The notes under the pieces are model-generated. The model was not told the origin of the DNA. It searched no databases and worked only from the letters and a program-made list of their open reading frames with translations. From Ptychomitrium polyphyllum (taxonomy: Eukaryota): a stretch of DNA of 64,000 nucleotides. The position numbers were made by a program, and so were the translations under genes. The stretch spans positions 7,502,001-7,566,000 of the forward strand of contig OZ316776.1 of NCBI GenBank assembly GCA_973851085.1. The letters run 5' to 3'. Shown here in pieces: positions 13,001 through 24,711 of this stretch (its first letter is position 1; every line of letters begins with the position of its first letter).

Positions 13001-14968
13001 ACAATGTAGTATGCAGGAGCTGCTGGATATGGGGCTACCTGAGTCAGTGCTGTCACCTATTCGCAAAACCGTTTTACAGGTTGATGGTGTTGAGGTATTT
13101 AATTGAACATGTCGATTAAATCAATTTAACGCAAACCTTGATCTTTGAGTTTGTCCTTGAGTATTTGAAATTGACATTGATTCGATAAGTTTTATACCTT
13201 GTTGCACATTGACCTTGATTTATGTACAGGGTATTCATCAATTGAGAGGCCGGCGAATGGGTTCCACTGTCCATGTTGATGTTCACATAGAGGTATGCCA
13301 TTCTTTAAGAAAGAATTGTATAACCTCAACAAAGGTCTTGTATTCTTGATGGCATTCACACTCCTCTCTTGTCGTGTCTTCGTAGATCTGCTGTTATTTG
13401 TTTTCTTTGTTATTCATAGTTTACTTTCTTGTTTTGATAAGACTGCTAAGCATATTGTCTGGGGGTGTTGGAACGTTTCATTGGGAAGTTACAATTAAGG
13501 AAAGCCTGTGTTTCTTTGGCAGGTGGATCCATGGCTGAGTTTAAGTGCAGCCCATAATATTGGGGAAGCAGTAAGGCAGCAAGTACAAATACATCATCCC
13601 AATGTTACGGAGAGTTTTGTGCATATAGGTCGGTCTCCATACCACGTTTTCGCAATTCAAGAAGTTTAGTAATTAATAGTGATTTGCTGTGCAAATGAGG
13701 TTTTTGTTGGATTCCTGCAGTCTTTTCATTTGATGAATTCTTCTTGCATTTCAGTAAGGAGTCTCCTAATCGATACTGTTGGTTCAACTTTCGTGGTTTC
13801 TTAGATCCAGCGGATGGGCGACCAGCATCGTTAGCCCCTGGTGAGATGGAGATTGAGAATCTAGCTACAGACAAGGATTACTATGCCCATCATCATGATG
13901 ACCGTTCAAAAACAGACCAGCATTCTCATGGACATCATGAAAAAAAGACACATGAACTTCATCACAACGTTGGAGGAAAAGAAGAACGCTTGAAAGATCT
14001 TATTAGTGCAGGACCAAAAGTTGAACTTTTAGCATCGGATGGCACACTGTCACCAGGCGAGACAATATCCAAGGATGAACGTGGAGTATTTCACGACAAT
14101 ATTGGTATCTTGCGGCAATCAGAAGTAGAACGGATCGTGCGATACGTACTTCATGCCAATTTCCGGGAGGTAAGTTTTAAAACTTGTTATTGTAATTTCT
14201 TATCTCTGACTTCACGATGTGATGCATTTTATCAATGACTTTTGGCATGTGTTGACCAGGTCTTACAAGACCTTGACAGAATCTATTGAACATATGGTTT
14301 TGTAGTTACTGTGGCTTGTACGATTTTGTACCCTTCAATTAATTGACTTTTATGACGATTCATTGTTCTAAAATGCATATTAGTTATGTATCTAGATTTG
14401 ACTACGTTCTTGTAACTCTATATCATTTAGCAAACTTAGGGGTAAAAGAATATTCATTAATTTGGTTTCTCAAGTAAAGCTAGGGAATCAACTGTAATGC
14501 TTTGAAAGAGTCGAGAATTCGGGTTGATGCTCTTGATAACTCGAGAGCAGGGATGAGTTTGTGCTGTCTGGTCTAAGAACTCAAGTTTCAGTGATTGTTC
14601 TAATACTTGAGAACTGAAAGAACGATGGGGCTGCCTTAAAAATATTGCAGGCAGTTAAAGTGAAGGATGTTACATGTCATTTTTTGCACGGCCGAGTGAT
14701 TGCGGAGGTGGGAGTTTCGTTGGACCCCAATCTTTCTATCAGGTATTACGACATTAGTGGTTGATTCCAGCTCATGATTTATTCGTCATTGTTCATATGC
14801 CCTTTGCACTGGAAGTTTTATGTAAATATTTTCTTGTTGTCTTTCAGAGATGCCGTGGAGCATGCCAATGACATAGAGACTTGTCTACTCCGCAATGTGG
14901 GAGACCTCTCAGCGGTGAGCGTACATCTGAATCTGAGCGGTCACCGTACATCTGACTTTGAAGCTTAG
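10068..14968 (+). CDS. MTP6: Cation diffusion facilitator / metal tolerance protein, MTP6-like, with N-terminal targeting extension (about 12 coding exons)
   Basis: GSTAIIADAAHSASD (TM2), PPDKQHPYGHGKIET, SAWHHRSDAISSVVALIGVG (TM5), LDPFAALLVSGMI, HQLRGRRMGSTVHVDVHIEVDP and a second C-terminal dimerisation-like segment. The start codon at 10068 is less certain. Probable 5'UTR intron 9198-9948. Confidence 0.88.
11531..11868 (+). other. Non-canonical GC-AG intron in the MTP6-like gene
   Basis: Exon ends ...DALQ (CAG|GCATGG) and the next exon starts in phase 0 after TTTTGAAG (VMIPA...); no convincing in-phase GT donor nearby. Confidence 0.7.
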
Positions 14969-16352
14969 AAGTTCCAAGTCCTTCTTTGAATATCAATAAT
15001 CTCTCACACCAATAAGCCAACACAAATTGAGTTGTACAGACATCCTGAAGTTGTTTAAGAACCAAAATTAGAAATGTGACTGGAATTTCGACTGTATCCC
15101 TAGAGATTTGCTGGAGGATATTGTCCCGGAGCAACTGTCCTACAGCTCCGATTTACTTAGTAAATTGAAACGAGCAAGTGATGAGCATACCCGGCAACAG
15201 CTAATTTCAATATTTGGACGACTTTGAAATCTTTGAGTTTGTTGAACCCAAGTGGGAGTTTTCAATACAATTTGGGGGCTCATCGATGTACTACAAAGGA
15301 ATTTAGAAGTGTTTTAAATTTGATTTCCAAGCCTGATTTTTCTCACCTTTGAGAAGCTCCCCTGGACTTAAATATGCTCCAAACCGCAAATTGTAACGCG
15401 CTTTGGAAAGGTTCAAGAATCCAGTGTCGTAGCATAACAAGTTTGCACAATAAAGTGGCGGAATTTGACAAACAGTACAGCTTCTTATCACATTATTTAT
15501 CATCTATTAGTTAATACAACACCCAGGTGGCATAAATACTGGTCTTCATATAAAAGGGCATATCAGAATAGTTTGAACTAGGTAAGCTTTTCATTGTTTG
15601 GCACAAAATGATTTCTTAAGATATTCAACAACATCATGTTCTTCATTCCAACTAAATGTAGTTGTATTTGCTTTGAGCTGATTGGATTATTTGGTATATT
15701 ATATGATGTACATATTTTTATTTCATAAACTTACATATATAATATTAATTTTTATACATATAATTGAAAACCTGTGGTTTACTAATAAATATTATTGTAA
15801 AACATTTTTAAATACTTATTTTAAATGTTATGTTATTTATCAACCAATTACTCTAATGTATAATTATGAAAGCAGCTTGATTGATTTGCAAAAATTCATG
15901 ATTAGCGTTATGAAAATATACTAAAATCATTATTTAATCAAAAAATAAGTTAAAGAAAGAATGTGTTTAAATTATGACACTTATATTTGTGAGGCATTTA
16001 AAAATTTACTTCTATCCTACATTATTTCTTTGGAAAGGTAGCAAATGTAAAATCAACTGTATTTGTTATTAGTATTATTTAATTTGACAACCAATCTTAA
16101 GTGTTTTGAACATCATGGTAGTGTTTACATGATAATTTTTTTTATCAAGGTATTGTTTTTATAAGGGAAGACTTTGAACCAAGACTTTGAGCCAATCATA
16201 TCGCTCAAAGCCCTCCTTCCATGAGCGACATGACAGGTGGCAAGCGCCTCAGAAGTTTCCACCAAGCGCCGTACAACTAGAGGCTCTTGGCACCTCGAGC
16301 GGCAGCGGGGTCCCAGGCCCTCGTGGGCGTGAAATAGCATTGCTGGCGCTGA

Positions 16353-16425
16353 CGTGGAGTGGAGTGGAGCGGAGTGGGGCAGCGAGGGGGATGTGTGAAC
16401 GGGGGTGCGGAGATTAGGGTTAGGG
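16353..16425 (+). promoter_or_regulatory. RPS3a proximal promoter: (GGAGT)n tract plus telo-box-like TTAGGGTTAGGG
   Basis: GTGGAGTGGAGTGGAGCGGAGTGG from ~16353 and TTAGGGTTAGGG at 16414-16425, about 110 bp before the ATG; TAGGGTTT also occurs in intron 1. Confidence 0.55.
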
Positions 16426-16534
16426 GGGCAAGAGCGGCCCTGCATGAGAGCTCGCAGGGTGGCCCTCCGACGCTCTCTTTCTAGACGAACCCTGGCGTTG
16501 CAGTTCCTCCGGAGCTCACCCCCCTCCTGCAGCC

Positions 16535-18284
16535 ATGGCCGTCGGCAAAAACAAGCGCATCTCTAAGGGGAAGAAGGGCGGCAAGAAGAAAATGTGATTC
16601 TTTCCTCCCTTTCTTTTCACTCCACGCCATTCTCCGCTACTCAGCTTCGCTTCTCTATTTGAGATTAGGCTAGTAGGGTTTTGTTAACTTATGCTTTTTT
16701 CGCGTTCATTGGAGTTCGTCCACTGATTGTGTTCTGACGGTTTTGCTGCCTTCCAGTGTCGACCCGTTCTCCAAGAAGGACTGGTATGACATCAAGGCGC
16801 CCACCACCTTCACGCAGAGGTCGTTGGGCAAGACGCTGGTCACCAGGACGGCGGGAACCAAGGTATGTCTGTTTTGGTGTTTGGTTTGCTAGTTAGAGAG
16901 TTTTGAGATATAAGGTGCTGGTTGGCGAATGTGATGTTGGTGGTGACTGATGTATGTGCGGTGGTGGTTTTCGGCTGGGTGTGACAGATTGCCTCCGATG
17001 GGTTGAAGGGGCGTGTGTTTGAGGTCTCGTTGGCTGACTTGCAGCAGGATGAGGACCAGGCTTTCCGCAAGGTCAAGCTGAGGGCGGAAGATGTGCAGGG
17101 CAAGAATGTCCTCACCAACTTTTGGGTATGTGTGACTGAGTCTTGCAAATGTGTTGTACTGAGGGTTTGTTGATCTCTTTGAGACATTGCGTCTACTCCT
17201 TGGTTACGATGATGAGTAGGTTGAATAGGCTACGTTTGTAGCAGGTGCGTTGTTTGGTAAGGAAGGGATGATTTGCGCTTGTGTTTTCTCTCTTACAGCA
17301 GAGAGAGGAGTACAGCTTTTGACTGAATGATTGAGCGTTTGATTGACTTTAGGGTATGGACTTCACCACCGATAAGCTGCGATCTCTGGTGCGCAAGTGG
17401 CAGAGTTTGATCGAGGCTCATGTTGACGTGAAGACCACAGACAACTACCAGATTCGCATGTTCTGCATTGCATTCACCAAGAAGAGGCCGAACCAGATCA
17501 AGAAGACCTGCTACGCACAGTCGAGCCAGATTCGTCAGGTTCGTGCTTGATGGTGCCGTGACTGTGCTGTAACACGATAATTTTTGCTCTTCAAAGATCG
17601 AGGACCAGTTTTATTGTGACTTAGATATTGTGAGAATAATGCTATCTGCTATAGAAGCTATTTTTCATCGCAATTCAGCAAGCTTTAGAGATTTCAGCAG
17701 TTTGTATTTGGATAGAGCCTGAGCTAGAGGTGTGTGGTGTTCTTTGTTTTACATGCATGGAACTGACGATGGAGAAAATACAGATCAGGAGGAAGATGAG
17801 GGAAATCATGGTTCGTGAAGCCCAGACATGTGACCTGAAGGAGCTGGTTGCTAAGTTCATCCCCGAAGTGATCGGAAAGGAGATCGAGAAGGCAACTCAG
17901 GGCATCTACCCACTCCAAAGCACTTTTATTAGGAAGGTGAAGATCCTGAAGGCTCCCAAGTTCGACCTCATGAAGTTGATGGAGGTACGTGGTTTTTTTT
18001 ATCGATTTTCTTCTTCTAAAATCTTTGATGATATACCAGTTATTAGTAGTATGCACTAACTTGATTTATGCTGTGAATGACTCATCATTCAAGTCGAGGT
18101 CTCTCGTAATTCTGTAATGGAAGCCCCTCTTGTCAGCCTTTTTTTCGTTCCAGTGGTTAACTCAAGCACTTCCAATTGGCAGGTCCATGGAGACTACAGC
18201 GAGGAGGTTGGTGCCAAGATTGAGAGGCCAGTGGGAGATGACGCAGAGCCAGCTGCAGAGGCAGTGCCTGTGCCTGGGGCTTAG
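16535..18284 (+). CDS. RPS3a: 40S ribosomal protein S3a (eS1), 6 exons
   Basis: [34 protein letters not shown]...|[19 protein letters not shown]...|[17 protein letters not shown]...|IRRKMREIM...[28 protein letters not shown]; all introns GT-AG; stop TAG ends at 18284. Confidence 0.97.
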
Positions 18285-19202
18285 ATTCTGCTGTCTTTGG
18301 AGATGTAATTTTGGTTTCAATTTCAAAGTAGTTCTCCATGTTCGAAGGTTATGATCTGACGTTTACCAGTTCACCCTACAAGGCCTGACAACCTGTTGTG
18401 GGTTGTTTTCAGTAAAATGCAGATCTTTCTAAATAGTTTTATTTGAAATACAGATGATCCAGTTTGATGAGTATGGGTTTTGACTCTCGCACGAGTAACA
18501 GAGTGTGTGGACATTTGGAATGTACGATGGTAGAATCATAGTGGTGGCGTTGTGTTGCCTCTGGTCTCAGAATTGTAATGCTTGGTCAGGTTATTCTTAA
18601 GTAGTGCAGGCACTCAGCTATTACTTACACTTCAACTTTTTTCCTTTTAGCTCGCTAGTATGAGCTAATCTGTCATGCAGTATTGCTGCTGTTTAGATTC
18701 GGCTCGGCTGAATACTTTGTCTCAGTAATCCTTGGATATATTATGCAACGATTGCAAACATCAACAGATGATCTGATGGGCAAGCCTCACAGGTCATGTC
18801 TGCGTCCGGGCACAAACAAGAGCCTTGGGGCAGAAACCGAGATGACGCTTTGATTATTTGATTCCGGTTATATTGCATATACACAAGACATTATAAGCTT
18901 AAAAAGACAGATCTCGTGTTGTAAAATTCAAATACACACGGATATATTTTGAGCTATCAAACAGAGGGAAGCGTATTTTAGCACATAGACCACAACCTGG
19001 AACCCAAAACAACCAACTCACTTTGTCTTAGATAGCTTAAAGGTACATATAATTCTCGAGTAAATCCCACAAGTTACCTGTTCTTCAAAATTCTCATATT
19101 CCAACCAGGGGTAGAGCATCAAAAGCACGACCCGTACCACTAAAGCTACAAAATGCTTTGTACAATTTGCACAGAGGACAGTGAAAAAGGTTACTTAAAA
19201 GA

Positions 19203-22200
19203 CTAATTGCTACCACCTACATGTATCCCACACTCCGTTTTCTCGGACCCGTCTGGGTTCGTCAAACCCTGCAAACGACGGTCTCCATATCAGTTTTCTA
19301 TTTAAAACACAAAAAAATTCCACCCAATTTAGATATCGGTACCAGTAGTAGTATACTATTTACAATATTGCCAAGAACTTGAAGATAGCCTAAAATGGGC
19401 AACATTATCAATTTCAAGTGCACTAGGAAGGGTGGCTCGACTTGTGTCATAGAAAAAGTTCACAGGTTAAAGTGTCTACTTTAGGTTTCTCTAATGTTGG
19501 TACGTTCCGAATATAACTTCTTAGACTGCACTGTATACCCAAGTACTAGCAGCTAATTCAGAAGAAACAAAATTTGAACTGAAGACAGCTTGTGCATACT
19601 TTGTTTAAAACAAGCCAACGAGAATAGGACTAACCTGGAAGCGGCCAGACCGTTCTCCAGCATATTCAAACCATTTATCACGAGAAACGGGTATTGTCGA
19701 CTGCACATCTCCAATGCTTGGAAAGCCTTGGTCGTGAAGAGGATGGTAAGACAACGAATACTTCTTCAAGTAATCCCAGCAATCCCTGTATCGATTCATG
19801 CTCAACAGTATTAACATTAAGCCAGCTGATTCGAGCAGTATTTTTATGATGTTGAATCAAGTCCAAAGCATGCAATTGTTTCGGTAATACCTGAACTCCC
19901 AATAAGCAAGAGGCTGCACTTTTGTCATTTTTCCGTCTTCAAAAACCTGCAAGTACCCACGGTAACAGAAGCCCAAAAAGACAGAACTGTGTGAACAATC
20001 TCACGCCAAGATCCCAATAAACTGCAACTATATCTTCAACAAAAAGTGCTTTAATTTATATTGTGGAGATATTTGCTAGCATTGGAAGAGAACCCAATTA
20101 AACACGTCAGTTAAAATACAGAAGAAAATGTAAGCTGACCATCAAAACCTCCACACGTACGAAGAACATGCTAAAGTTGTAAGTATCCACTCAAACAACA
20201 CATGCACGAAGAGTAAATTCAAAAGTGAACAAATGATACGACGGCGTTTGCATACCTCAAGATGTGCCCTCTCTGCACCATGATCACGTCTACGCCCATT
20301 GATCATGGCATCCACCTGTACTAGACCACCAAATAATCAGTTTCTGTTACAAGCTCAAACCAAGCAGATAATACAGCACATTTAACCACGTAAGAGCCTA
20401 AGAAGAGCTTGATGGCAATCCTAGTGATCAGTGCCAATCATTTTAATATATTGCTAGCGTTCCTAGGATGCAAGACACACTCATTTTACAGAAATGTTGT
20501 CAACAACTTTGCAATACCTCCAATGTTTTCAAAGCACGGCTGAATGGCTCAACTTTACAGATGCGGTCGTACTCTTCTATATCCTGCACTTCCCATCCAA
20601 ACGCTGAGAGCATAAACTAACAAGAAAATTCAACTGTATGTCTTCGACACAAGATGAGACGGTTCGTATCCACTGATCAACACAAGGCTGAACAATATGA
20701 ATCGGCTTACAGTTATGAACAGGTCCGAACCAAACTTGGTATTGTACTCTTCCTTGCTGTTTACATCTGCAGCATGAAACGTGTGTGCTTTAAATCCATA
20801 CCGCTTCTGCAAGCAATAACGTGAAGTGAGTCAGACTCCCTGCCAGAGCACGCAATTGTTTTAAATGAGATGTACTTTAAAATACATGGTCTAGGATACC
20901 TTACTGCACATTGCAATCATCAAGAACCGCTGTTGCACAGGTTTTCTCTTATATATGAGCGATACATGAAATTGGAAAGAAAAAACAGAAAGTTTGAGCA
21001 AACGCTTATGAAAATTTAACTAAAAATGTCTAGGTCCAGCGTGGCACGTTCCAAAAACATGGCCAGTAATTAACGCCCTGACTCATTGGTAACCGCATAA
21101 TTATATAAAAACCGACAACCAATACAATGTTCTTCGATAAATAATCATGCTTTCCAAAATAAAATACTTAAAAGGCATTTACCTCCAACTCGCCGAGAAA
21201 CTGATGTGTTTCAGGGAAGAGGTGGAACGTGTCGATGAAGATAATCTTCACTTTTTCATCTGATAACGCCCCAATCCTACTTAAGAGATCTAATATAACC
21301 TGTCCACATAACAATGCAACGCAGGGAGATAAGTAAATACAAAGACTTCAAAAAATCCTCAAATTTTCCTAACAGAATCTACACCGATTTTCCTTGTGCA
21401 CCAATCATCAAGGGACTGACCAAGATGTCGCATTTGCCCATCTTTAACAAAGAAATCCCCGGTAGATTAAAATTCTCTACCATCACTTAGGAACTTTCAC
21501 AAAACAATGCGTCGCTCAACCAAGTCATACTATCCAGCATCAAAAGCTTCACTACCAGAGAAGAAAAGGAAAAAAGACAGAGGCCTGAACAGAGTGCATA
21601 CCACATCACCTGCGATCAAAGCACAGGGAAATGCCGGTTTTTCAAATTTTTCCACTGTGTTCTTCAAGGTTTCTAATGCTTGTGCCTCCAGGTGCTGCAG
21701 TCGAGCATCCCGAGCTTGTTGATTCCATTTCTCAGTGTCATTCGTTGAGCCTGATGTGCTCACAGGTATCGCACATGTGACGAGCCTTCCCCTTCCCGTA
21801 GCCAAACCCGGGCACTGCTTTCGCAAGAGGAGGGTTGAAAACGTAGGCTTTTGAACATCATGTTTCCTGCGGAGCAGAAAACAGAATTATTACATTAATC
21901 AGACGGTAAACAAAGCAGGAGCTAGATTACGAAGAGGTGAATCACGCAACAGATCAATGTACGCACGCAGTACTCTGATGTATTATGAATCCTATTTCTA
22001 GAGCTCTTCATATGAGCAACGAAGGCTACAAGAATTTAATGAAGGGGAGGAAATCATGTCGTTTTAGAAAGAAAAGCAATTCATTGCGCTCAATGAGACA
22101 ATATAGAAACTCATACAATTGAAATGATGTGCTAAGAAGAAAATGTGACAACAACAGTGTATATCTTCACACCCTCGATCACGTCAAAATCGCAAAATAT

Positions 22201-23094
22201 GTTGGAATTATTTCTACAGTGAACTCGTTGGTAACTCACAGAAAGTGAATGACTGATTCTATAACCACAGCACCCAAACCACACAGTCACATCTACGACA
22301 TGTTCAACGAAAAAAACGCTCTCTAATACACATTCGTTCTGTTCGCAAACGCGAACTGCAGAGCAAATGCTGTGCAAAACATACACCACCAATCAAATTC
22401 CCAGAGCTTAATCCAGCACCCGAAAGATGAGCGTCCTACCAAATAACAACAACCTCAAACAAAAACAATCACACAAAGTCCAAAAAAGCCCAGGCGAAAA
22501 TTCACGGACTCAGAAAAAGAAGTACATCTACACCTCTAGCGGAACCGAAAAGACAGTATAGCGCCAAAAACGCTCCCCCGAGGAAATCCCCCGCCACCAG
22601 CCTCAAACTCATCCAAGAACCCCGAGCACCGCACAACACTGCAACCTAATTCAAACCGAACGCCTCCCCAGAGCCACAAAAGCCCGACGTAGCCGGAACC
22701 ATCACCCAAACAGACCGTCACATGAGCTTCACCCGCATGCTCCGAAACCGAATGCACGTTGAATTCCACAAGACACCTACAGAAACCTCGACTTCGCAAC
22801 CTCAACAACCTCAACTTCGCAACCTTGAAAACCTCGACAACCTCGGCAAACTCGGCAACCTCGGCAACCCCAAGTATGCAAAGAAGCCGAAAACCTGAGC
22901 CAGTTTCCAAGGAGGTGCGGACAACGAACCACCACTGCCCGGTCCGTGCACGGATTGTGAAGGCAAGGAGGGTGAGAGAAAGGTCCGAACCTGGGGAATG
23001 CGACAACGACGGACGGCAAGCGCGCGGAGTGCGAGGGCACGCAAGGAGTGAGGGAGCGCAGGTGCAGGTGCAAGTGCAGGTCCGGCATCGCCAT
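19203..23094 (-). CDS. APR-B: Plastid adenosine 5'-phosphosulfate reductase, APR-B type (PAPS-reductase-like, no Fe-S cluster); 9 exons
   Basis: Exons: 23094-(22991 or 22896), 21866-21602, 21299-21183, 20806-20711, 20583-20518, 20315-20256, 19946-19891, 19785-19635, 19268-19203. They give FEKPAFPCALIAGDVVILDLL, IIFIDTFHLFPET, YDRICKVEPFSRAL, MINGRRRDHGAERAHLE, YHPLHDQGFPSIGDVQST, ERSGRF and KTECGIHVGG, closely matching moss APR-B as recalled. N-terminal transit peptide. Confidence 0.93.
22784..22870. repeat. Degenerate ~9-bp tandem repeat (AACCTCRRC) in APR-B intron 1
   Basis: AACCTCGAC...AACCTCAAC AACCTCAAC...AACCTCGAC AACCTCGGC AAACTCGGC AACCTCGGC is read directly from the sequence. Confidence 0.8.
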
Positions 23095-23159
23095 GGCCAG
23101 CGCTGTCCAAGTAGAGTGCGTTTCGCTGCTCGGCCAGCGTCGCTCTTCTCGTTCCCCCC

Positions 23160-23232
23160 GCCTTCTTAGTCACTCGCTTCTTCGTCACCGCCTTCTTAGT
23201 CACTCCATTAGTCGCTCCATCAGTCACTCCTT
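23160..23232. repeat. Five-copy 12-15 bp tandem repeat (core AGTCACT) just upstream of the APR-B start
   Basis: GTCAC/GTCGC cores at 23169, 23184, 23199, 23211 and 23223; CCTTCTTAGTCACTC occurs twice exactly. Confidence 0.8.
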
Positions 23233-24711
23233 CCGTTGCTGCAGTGATTAGTGGGCTCGCCTTCGGGGTCGTCCGATGTGACTGCGCAGCCACAGGGAAG
23301 GGTCTAAACCCAGGTTTGACGTTATCCACGTTCGCTTCGTTCCAGAGGTGCACTTATAAGCCAGCGAATAGAAAACAATCGACGCGTTTACGTGATGTGT
23401 CGGGTTTGGGTCTCCGTGAGTGTGTGGGAATCGTGCGGGTGAGCTTCAAGGTTTATGTTGCTGAGGAGAGAGTTTGAGAGTTCTTGGTAACTCGACTGAT
23501 TTTGACGCTGTGTTTCTAGCATTCCTGACACTCGTGAATTTTTCTCCTAGATACACCCTGCGTCATTACCAAAGAACTTTAAGGTGGCGATGGTATGCGA
23601 GCAAGCACGATTGAGGCATAAGTTTAAAAATCCTCAAGGTGGCTCTACACTGGCTTGCATTTTCGTTCCTAGAAAAAGCTGCACAAGATGTGTCTTCAGG
23701 AAAGTTCTCAAGAAAGAAGAGTGTGTATCAGTGTTGTACTGGTATTGATTCATTTGATATCAGACTGATTGGAGTGTCATCGGTTTTTTGCATTTCGATA
23801 CGAGTTGGGTGTCAACACTAGGTAATTTTGCTTATTCTAAGATAAGTAGGATACAGACATCAAAACATTTGCATAACGCCATGGGAGTATGAACCTGATT
23901 TCTCCATGGTGTTGCCCACAACAACCATCAAAATCTGATTCAAAAGTTGATATGATCACGATTCTCCATGATATGAACATTGGACTGGTATTATGAAAAA
24001 TGATACCAGCTTGGTCGTGTAAATAATACCATTATCTATACTCTATTTTAAAACCTGACTCTGGCCTGTCTACTAGTACAATCAGTACCTTGAAGTGCAA
24101 TGTAGTTCCTGAGGAACTACACCAGAAGCAACTGTGACGTAGCTGATGGATGTGCGCACAAAATACCATCACATGTATTACCATCTAAGAGAATGTCTGT
24201 GAACAGTCAGTACATCAGTGCCTCCTCACCATCGGCTTGCATAGACTTTTTAACGGCGAGACTTCACAAAGTAGAAGCAAAGTTGAAGTATATCCATCAG
24301 GCAGAGTACATACTATGTAAACATTCACTCAAACATGGCAATGATTTTCATAAATCACATTATTCTAAGACAGCCCAACGCAAGATGTATGCTGAAATGC
24401 ATAAGCGGACTATTGAGCTGCATTTCATACTTGAAGAAGGAGAGACAAACTCAGCCCCTGAATTCCAACAGTAGTGAAGCCAGCTTACAAGGGCCAGCAA
24501 GTTACTGTACCTCTACAAATACATATCTAATCTATTCATTATCTAGAATCTGGACACATGATGAAGTACAAGGCAGTCATGCCTACCTATGGCTCCACAA
24601 CTTCCCAACAACTGACGGAAATAGAGAACTGGGAAGGCACACCGTTACATCAACATCTTACCGAACAAAGAAGAAACGCAGTGGCACGTGTCAGATTTTC
24701 TAACTTACCGG

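Noticed and set aside
17205..17330. ATGATGA...CTGA in RPS3a intron 3 as a possible intronic C/D snoRNA
   Set aside because: No terminal stem or rRNA-complementary guide recognised, and the CTGA is at the branch-point position; it would need a snoscan or Rfam hit.
22536..23353. Several 100-180 aa ORFs around the APR-B start (e.g. 22811-23353)
   Set aside because: Open because of GC-rich, 3n-periodic repeats; non-ATG starts; only the ATG-23094 frame splices in phase to exon 2.
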